Assembly (NCBI GenBank): GCA_951406725.2
Contig: OX597836.1
Location: 35,774,001 to 35,838,000 of the forward strand
Direction of reading: 5' to 3'
DNA length: 64,000 bases
From: Octopus vulgaris
Lineage: Eukaryota
Each line of letters begins with the position of its first letter. The first letter of the stretch is position 1. The notes below the pieces were generated by a model that worked only from the letters and a program-made list of their open reading frames with translations, searched no databases and had not been told where the DNA came from. Below are positions 56,856-64,000 of this stretch, piece after piece. Both the position numbers and the translations under genes were made by a program.

Positions 56856-57321
56856 GTAACGCTGTCACTTGGCAGCAAAGTCCTGACGCTCAAATCATAC
56901 AACTATTGTCACTTAAGCACTATTAATCACGACTGTCATATCCAACACTGACAATGCTACTCCTGCTTCTATTGTTACTTAAGCACTGTTAACACCCACC
57001 ACCATCATAGCCATCACTCACACTGCTACTCCTACTATCAACATCGTCATCACCATCCCCACATTATCATACTCTTTAATGGCACCTGCATCGTCTTTAT
57101 TATCGCCATCAACTTCTTCCTTCTTCCTCATTAACAAAGTCGACATTTAAGTTCAATGGCCTCTCGCTCACTAATCACCCCTCCCTTTGCAAATTTAATT
57201 ATTTTTCTGTAGCACTTTTGTCAAAAACATTTTGTAATTCGTTCTGGATTATCAATAAGGTAATCATTTTTTCATAGCACTCCTTTCAAATCCTCTTTTT
57301 GATATTTCCATTTATTACATA

Positions 57322-57708
57322 CTAGCAGTATCGCCCGGCGTTGCTCGGCTTTGTTTCGAACCTTTAGAATTGGAATTTTTGAAAAGTAAAAATTTTGCAT
57401 TATGAAGCTTGTTATTCTCTTTAAGTGAACATTTTTCTGGTTGAAATACACCGAAAAATGGTGACACAGCAGTCAAAAATTCGTAAAAAATAGGGTCTTC
57501 ATAGAAAAAAAGCACCTTTTTGATGTAAATAATTTTTGGTGTTAACATGGTCCAATTTAAACTTTTACTTCTACGGAAAGAAGGGCTAGCCTTCTTCTAT
57601 CATACTCTCAACTTTGGTCAACTTGCGCCGTAGAGTCTCGGAGGAGATAGTGTTAGTTGAAGGCTACCAAACCTGCCATGCACAGACAACTTCAGCTTTA
57701 TATATAGA
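57322..57708 (-). mobile_element. Non-autonomous Helitron-like element
   Basis: Same 3' end as 9686, 24320 and 51224, with a different interior. Confidence 0.8.
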
Positions 57709-57738
57709 TTTGCAGCATTCCACTCATCAGACCAAACG

Positions 57739-57803
<65 letters not shown>

Positions 57804-57879
57804 CATACATATATATACATACATACATATATTCATTTGATACTCCATTTATGATATACAAAAGTATATATATATATAG

Positions 57880-58160
57880 ACTCTTCTTTTCCTCAACAGT
57901 CCCTGCCCTGTTTAACATTGTCCCGAAAGAGATCAAAGAGGAAAAGGATCCCATTACTCTCAAACGGAGTTTGGACAGATTTCTTCAAGGAACATCGGAT
58001 AAGTCACCCATTCGTTGATACAACTCAATCAACAAGGACTCACTACTTGAATGGACCATAAACAAAACTTGACTTAAACAGCATTTAGATAATCCTATCA
58101 GGTGGTGCTATTACGTTAGACATGACCTGGACCAATCTTTGGTCAGAACATATCTAAGTT
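57880..58160 (+). mobile_element. CR1-type LINE 3' remnant
   Basis: FSSTVPALFNIVPKEIKEEKDPITLKRSLDRFLQGTSDK parallels the C-terminus encoded at 4340-4465. Confidence 0.7.
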
Positions 58161-58407
58161 TTATTCATATATGTTCTCATAGAGAAACCACCTGTACCTG
58201 TGGATAATTATGCTTGTTAAACATTCGAGAATACACATTGTCCAGCAGCTATCAAAGATTAAAAAATTAGCAATATACACTAGAATATATTTCGTATAAT
58301 GCTCGGTGACAGTAAATTTTTGTACAGAAACTGTATCAGTAGTTAATTCATAATAGTAGGAAGCATCTTAAGACGAGTTGCTGAAAAAGTAACATAGTTA
58401 TACATAC

Positions 58408-58856
58408 GGATCTTTTCGGTTTGAACGGCAGTTTTAACATAATTTCCACGTAACTAAACACGTTTAAACTTCGTATACTGGTAGAATGTATTTATAAAAC
58501 ATATTCTTCTCTTGGCTTTATTGAGAAAATATCTATAGTTTGTAAGATATTTGTTGTTCTTTTTCTTCAATTTCTGCAATTTCAACCAATCAATGACGCC
58601 TATTGAGATGAAAATATTATGTGCCGCATGAATATGTCCCTCGTTTAAGAGACAGATTGGATTTATTTATATTTCTGAAGAAAAAAAGATACCCTTCCCC
58701 CACCCCTAACCCTAACCTTAACCCTAACACTAACCCTAACCCTAACTAACCCTAAAACAGATTGAAATGCAATAGATCGATACTAGGGTCATAATTATGG
58801 GTGACAATTTCATATGACACTGCTAGAAAAAACTGCCGTTCAAACCGAAAAGATCC
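58408..58856 (-). mobile_element. Telomere-repeat MITE
   Basis: Perfect TIRs; (CCCTAA)n at about 58703-58755; no 8-bp TSD, but a ~90-bp flanking duplication. Confidence 0.93.
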
Positions 58857-60834
58857 GTATATTTTTGTACAGAAACTGTATCAGTAGTTAATTCCTAATA
58901 GTAGAAAGCATCTTAATACGTGTTGCTGAGAAAATAACAAAGTTATACATCCGTTTCTTTTAATAAAATACTGTTTGTTAAATACTATCCGAAAGCAACA
59001 TTGGAAAACGATGCAACTTTCCTTAATGGTGGTAAACAGGTGTAAATAAACCTTACAGTCAATTGTCATTTTATAATCTTCAGACGACCAGAATATATTT
59101 TCAAACTGATTAATGAAATAGAAAGAGCAATAGGCATCAATGAATAAAATGAGAGGCCCACATCGATTTATACAAACGCATATGTTCACCGAACAATTGC
59201 TCATCTTTCACAAGTTACGTATCATCATACTCGTTTCGAGGATATAAAATATTCGACTGAAAATGAAACAGGACGTTCAAAATGTACAAAATAATTTGTA
59301 CATGTTTACAACAAGAAGCATGTGAATATTATGTGTGTGTGTGTGTGTGTGTGTGTTTCATTTTACACATTTTTCTGGTCATAAGTCCAGTACACATTCT
59401 ATCTGTCCAAATATCCACCTAAATATCCTGTTTCTTCGTCTGTCTGTCTGTCTGTATCACCACTCTCTCTCTCTCTCTCTTTCGCTTTCGCTACTCTCAC
59501 TCTCCCCCGATCTCTCTCTTTATATATAGTAGTATAATATATACAGGTATACACATATATATCTAGCAATACATACACAGACACACACACACACACACAC
59601 ACACACACGTACACATGTACACACTTATATTGAGATAGATAGGTAGAAATATAGAGAAACAGAGAGAGAGAAAGCGTGTGAGAGAGAGATTCAGACACAG
59701 AGAAAGACAGATAGCATTATGTGTATATGACTGGGCGTATGAATCTTGAAATCACCATAGGTATTGATACTCAATTTATAATAATAGCCAAGAAATTAAT
59801 TGATCCTATATATATGTCTATATATATATATATATATATATATTTGTGTGTGTGTGTGTTTGTGTAGGGAGGGTGCGTGAGAGAGATATGTACTTATGTT
59901 ATAACACATACACACACACACACATGTATGTATATTATCATTTTTATATTATGAAATGAAATTAATGAAAGAAAAATATCAACTCCACTCGCCATGTTAC
60001 GGCATAAATTTCGTGAAAATATGTTTGTTATTCTATTCTGTGATATACAATCAGTTTATTAGAAAACTAATAGATGTGCGTTAAAAAATATATATATTCT
60101 AGAGAATTTTGGATATTAAGGAGCCATAAATTTTGGCATAAAATTTACATTCGTGAAACTTCTAAAAGATTATAAAACAAAATTCAAAATGCAGCATTCA
60201 GTTTTTGTTATAAATTTACATTGGGTTCCTGGTATCGATATTGGATAAATTATTCATAAACAGGTCTCATTTGATATGAAAAGCAAAAAGAAAAAGAAAA
60301 AAAATAGCTGATTGCGGTGTGAATGCTTTCGCTGTAATGTGTAATTTTGATAGTTTTACTTGCAAGTTAGTTTTTAAAATAAAACTGAGATATATTGATG
60401 AAATATACTTTGTGTAGTTATTAGATAACATAGATTAATATTCAGAACGCAAACTTCCGAACATCCTTTGTAATGTATGCTACATGATTAACAATTTTCA
60501 ATCTAAGGCATACTTTTTCCTTTCAACGTATTTTAGACCGTGATATTGAATGGCGTGCGATATTTACAGCATCACAGTCACATAAAGTCACATATTTGTT
60601 TGGAACCATAAATACAATTGAAAGGAACTGATACGCATGCGTCGTAATTACTCTATGGATCCCCACCGAGATGAAAAGTAAAGATAATCGAGTCAGTATT
60701 TGGAAAGAAAGGACCTAAATAATAAAATGCATTGTTGTATATCGTATGATGTAGACGCCGTATCACTTTGATACTAGTCATTTTATCTGTTTGCATATTA
60801 CCACAGTTTAGTGCAGTCTTCTTCTTTCTCCTGA

Positions 60835-61237
60835 GGCGCAGGAGTGGCTGTGTGGTCAGTAGCTTGCCTACCGGCCACATGATTCCGGGTTCAGTCCCAC
60901 TGCGTGGCACCTTGGGCAAGTGTCTTCTGCTGTAGCCTCGGGCCGACCAATGCCTTGTGAGTGGATTTGGTAGACGGAAACTGAAAGAAGCCCGTCGTAT
61001 ATATGTATATATATATGAACGCGTATGTGTTTGTGTGTCTGTGTTTGTCCCCCCCCCACCATTGCTTGACAACCGATGCTGGTGTGTTTACGTCCCCGTC
61101 ACTTAGCGGTTCGGCAAAAGAGACCGATAGAATAAGTACTGGGCTTACAAAGAATAAGTCCAGGGGTCGAGTTGCTCGACTAAAGGTGGTGCTCCAGCAT
61201 AGCCGCAGTCAACTGACTGAAACAAGTAAAAGAGAGT
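60835..61237 (+). mobile_element. Full-length SINE group B (best reference copy)
   Basis: ggcgcaggagtggctgtgtgg (A box), gggttcagtccc (B box), CORE-like gtggcaccttgggcaagtgtctt, internal TA/TG, tail gactgaaacaagtaaaagag. Confidence 0.94.
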
Positions 61238-61730
61238 ATGGTAATTATTTAATGTTCCATACGAACACGCGGAGAGGGCTCAGAACCTATAGCGATAACG
61301 ATAATGAATAACCATCTATATACACGTTTTTATCTTTTTGTATTTTACTTGTTTCAGTCATTGGACGGCGGCCATGTTGAGACACAAGTTTGAAGGTTTT
61401 AGCAGAAGATAGTAACACTCGTGCGAATTTTCAAAAACTTGTCGCTTACTGCCGCATCTCCTTTTTTGGTGCACCGTAAAGCTATGATGAGGCAAGCAAA
61501 CAGTCCGAACACAAACACACAGACATACACACACACACACACACGTGTATGTGTATGTGTATGTATGTATTTATGTATATATGTATGTATTTATGTATGT
61601 ATGTACATATATGTTTGTATTTATGTATATATATATGTGTATGTATTTATGCATATTGAAATGTAAAAGCCGGACTAGACTACTTTATGCGCAACTCCAT
61701 TGTCTCCCGAGACAAAAAGGATGCCAACCA

Positions 61731-61988
<258 letters not shown>

Positions 61989-62282
61989 CATACATATGTA
62001 CATACGCTGGTGATTTAAACGAATGGGTGCTCTAATTATTGTAGAAGGAAGTCTTTTTCCACATATAATTTATGTACGTGTGTGCGCGCGCGTGTATGAT
62101 GGGCTCTTTCCATCAAATCGACGTTGTCCGAATAGGTGCACGCGTCAGTGCATTATTCAATGCACCACCTGGTCTAGGATTTGAAATCACTATCGTTAGA
62201 CCGTGAGTGTAACACGCTAACAACTAGGCTATACACACACACATACACACAACTACATATTTATACACACAGCTATATGTAC

Positions 62283-62360
<78 letters not shown>

Positions 62361-62483
62361 TATGTCATTGTAAGAAAAATCTTTATAATATTCTTCAGAC
62401 ATATTGACTCAAATATATATTTTTTAACCTTTTAAAACAAGCCTTCTGTAGTTTTTTCACTTTTTACTATTTTCTCTCTCTAT

Positions 62484-62665
62484 ATAATAGTTATCGCCAT
62501 ACTAATATGACATTCTTATAAAAATAAGAAAAAAGCTGTCCGCTTATTAGCTCCATGAGGCCATCGCCTTAAGTTAGCTATTTGATGGCCTCATGGAGCT
62601 AATAAGCGGACAGCTTTTTTCTTATTTTTATAAGAATGCCATATTAGTATGGCGATAACTATTAT
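62484..62665. repeat. Near-perfect hairpin with ~82-bp arms and an 18-nt loop
   Basis: ataatagttatcgccatactaatatg..ctccatgaggccatc / gatggcctcatggag..catattagtatggcgataactattat. Confidence 0.95.
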
Positions 62666-63233
62666 TTTCCGGGAACGCTGCCGCTGTTCTCTTTTAGAGA
62701 GACTTAGTTATTTTAATATTTCTATTATCTCTCTCTCTCTCTATATATATATATATACATATATTTACATACATTATCATGTTCTTATACATGTAGCACA
62801 GGTTTGCATCTATTTAATAGAAAAAATGCGATAGAATCGTATGTTTTCAAGTTTCAGTGAAATTGTCTTGTTAACAAGAAAAGCAATTATCTTCCACCTG
62901 TATATAGGAATTAATTATTCAATGACTTTTGTGGCCACATTATCAAATTTCCTTATAAATACCCTACACAGACAAAGTGTTAACTTAAACCTCAGCACTA
63001 CTGAATGGAAATACTTAACTGAATTGCAAAATGTGAAAGTATTGACAACTAAAGAAACCGATAGAGGGAATTCTGTAGAACTGATGGATACATAATACTA
63101 TAAAGATCTAATATTTTCCCCCGTGCTAAAAATCGATTACCGCTACGTGGAGTTGACAACAGAAAATAATGAGAAATCTTTTTTCCCTTACGCGCACTTA
63201 CATGGTTAATGTCTGACAAACTAAGTAATCAAT

Positions 63234-64000
63234 TATTAGGCTGTTTTGCATGAAATGTCGCATTTATAAATATTTGTCATTTCAGTCATTTAAAACCTCA
63301 ATTATATATACCTTGCATTTAATCTTCACTCTTTTTCTTTCCCAAAAATATTGGCATAAAAAATTCGTACCCACAGACCTTATGGAAACGATAACAAAGA
63401 AACTATGTTGAGTGATTTTCTCGTATGAGTACAAACTGGATCACTTTGCCGCAGAAGCTCGACGGAATATCAAATGGGCCTTTGGTAGTGGTTTTGTTGG
63501 TCTCAGAACTGTTCAGAGATGGTTCTAAATCTCTCGTTCAGGAGATGATAACCTTGAAAATAAACCAAGGAGTAGGCCAAAATCAATTATTCGGCATAAT
63601 GGATTAAATGCTTTGTTTGAACAAAATCCGAGAACAAAGGTTCAAAAACTTTCATTAGAACGCCAAACATCTCGCACAGCTGTTTTTGGACGCCTGTAAA
63701 AAATTGTAAAAGTCAAGGAAACGGACAGGTTTGTTCCACATCAACTGAACGAGATTAAAAAAAAAACAGGAGCCTCGAAGTGTGCTTCTTATTGCTTTCT
63801 CTAGTGGGAAAAGACAATTCTGGTTCCAATCATTACTTGTGATGAGAAATGGAAACTGTTTTACAACAGCAGGAGAATAGGACAGTGATTAGATGCAGGA
63901 GATTCACTTAAACACTGACCAAACTTACCATTGCAACCTAAATTGTGACTGGTCATTGTATGGTGGTCTGCGAAGGAAGTTATTCATTATTCACTGTTTC
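63234..64000 (+). mobile_element. Decayed mariner transposon running off the window end
   Basis: TA+TTAGGCTG TIR-like start; FSYEYKLDHFAAEARRNIKWAFG..RTVQRWF; FVPHQL (WVPHEL-like); TCDEKW; IVWWSAKEVIHY; in-frame stops. Confidence 0.9.

Overview
AT-rich, repeat-dense eukaryotic DNA with no recognisable host protein-coding exon. The SINE sequences, abundant (TA)n/(ATGT)n/(TATC)n microsatellites and TTAGGG telomeric motif point to an octopus (cephalopod) intronic or intergenic region; this assignment is from recall and was not searched. Almost all listed ORFs are microsatellite or SINE translation artefacts. The real coding remnants are transposon-derived: a Penelope-like GIY-YIG ORF (6327-7478, -), RTE, CR1 and R4/Dong-type LINE 3' ends, three Tc1/mariner relics and a Chapaev3-like transposase relic. 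Non-coding repeats include four tRNA-derived SINE groups (my labels A-D), non-autonomous Helitrons, and six copies of a MITE carrying internal TTAGGG repeats, five with an exact or near-exact 8-bp TSD. The strongest unexplained signal is a set of at least five unrelated short non-coding element families, mostly (TA)n-embedded and often foldback, each carrying a minimal type I hammerhead ribozyme motif. Some have landed inside the internal microsatellite of a SINE. Family names come from motif recognition by eye, and boundaries of decayed elements are approximate.
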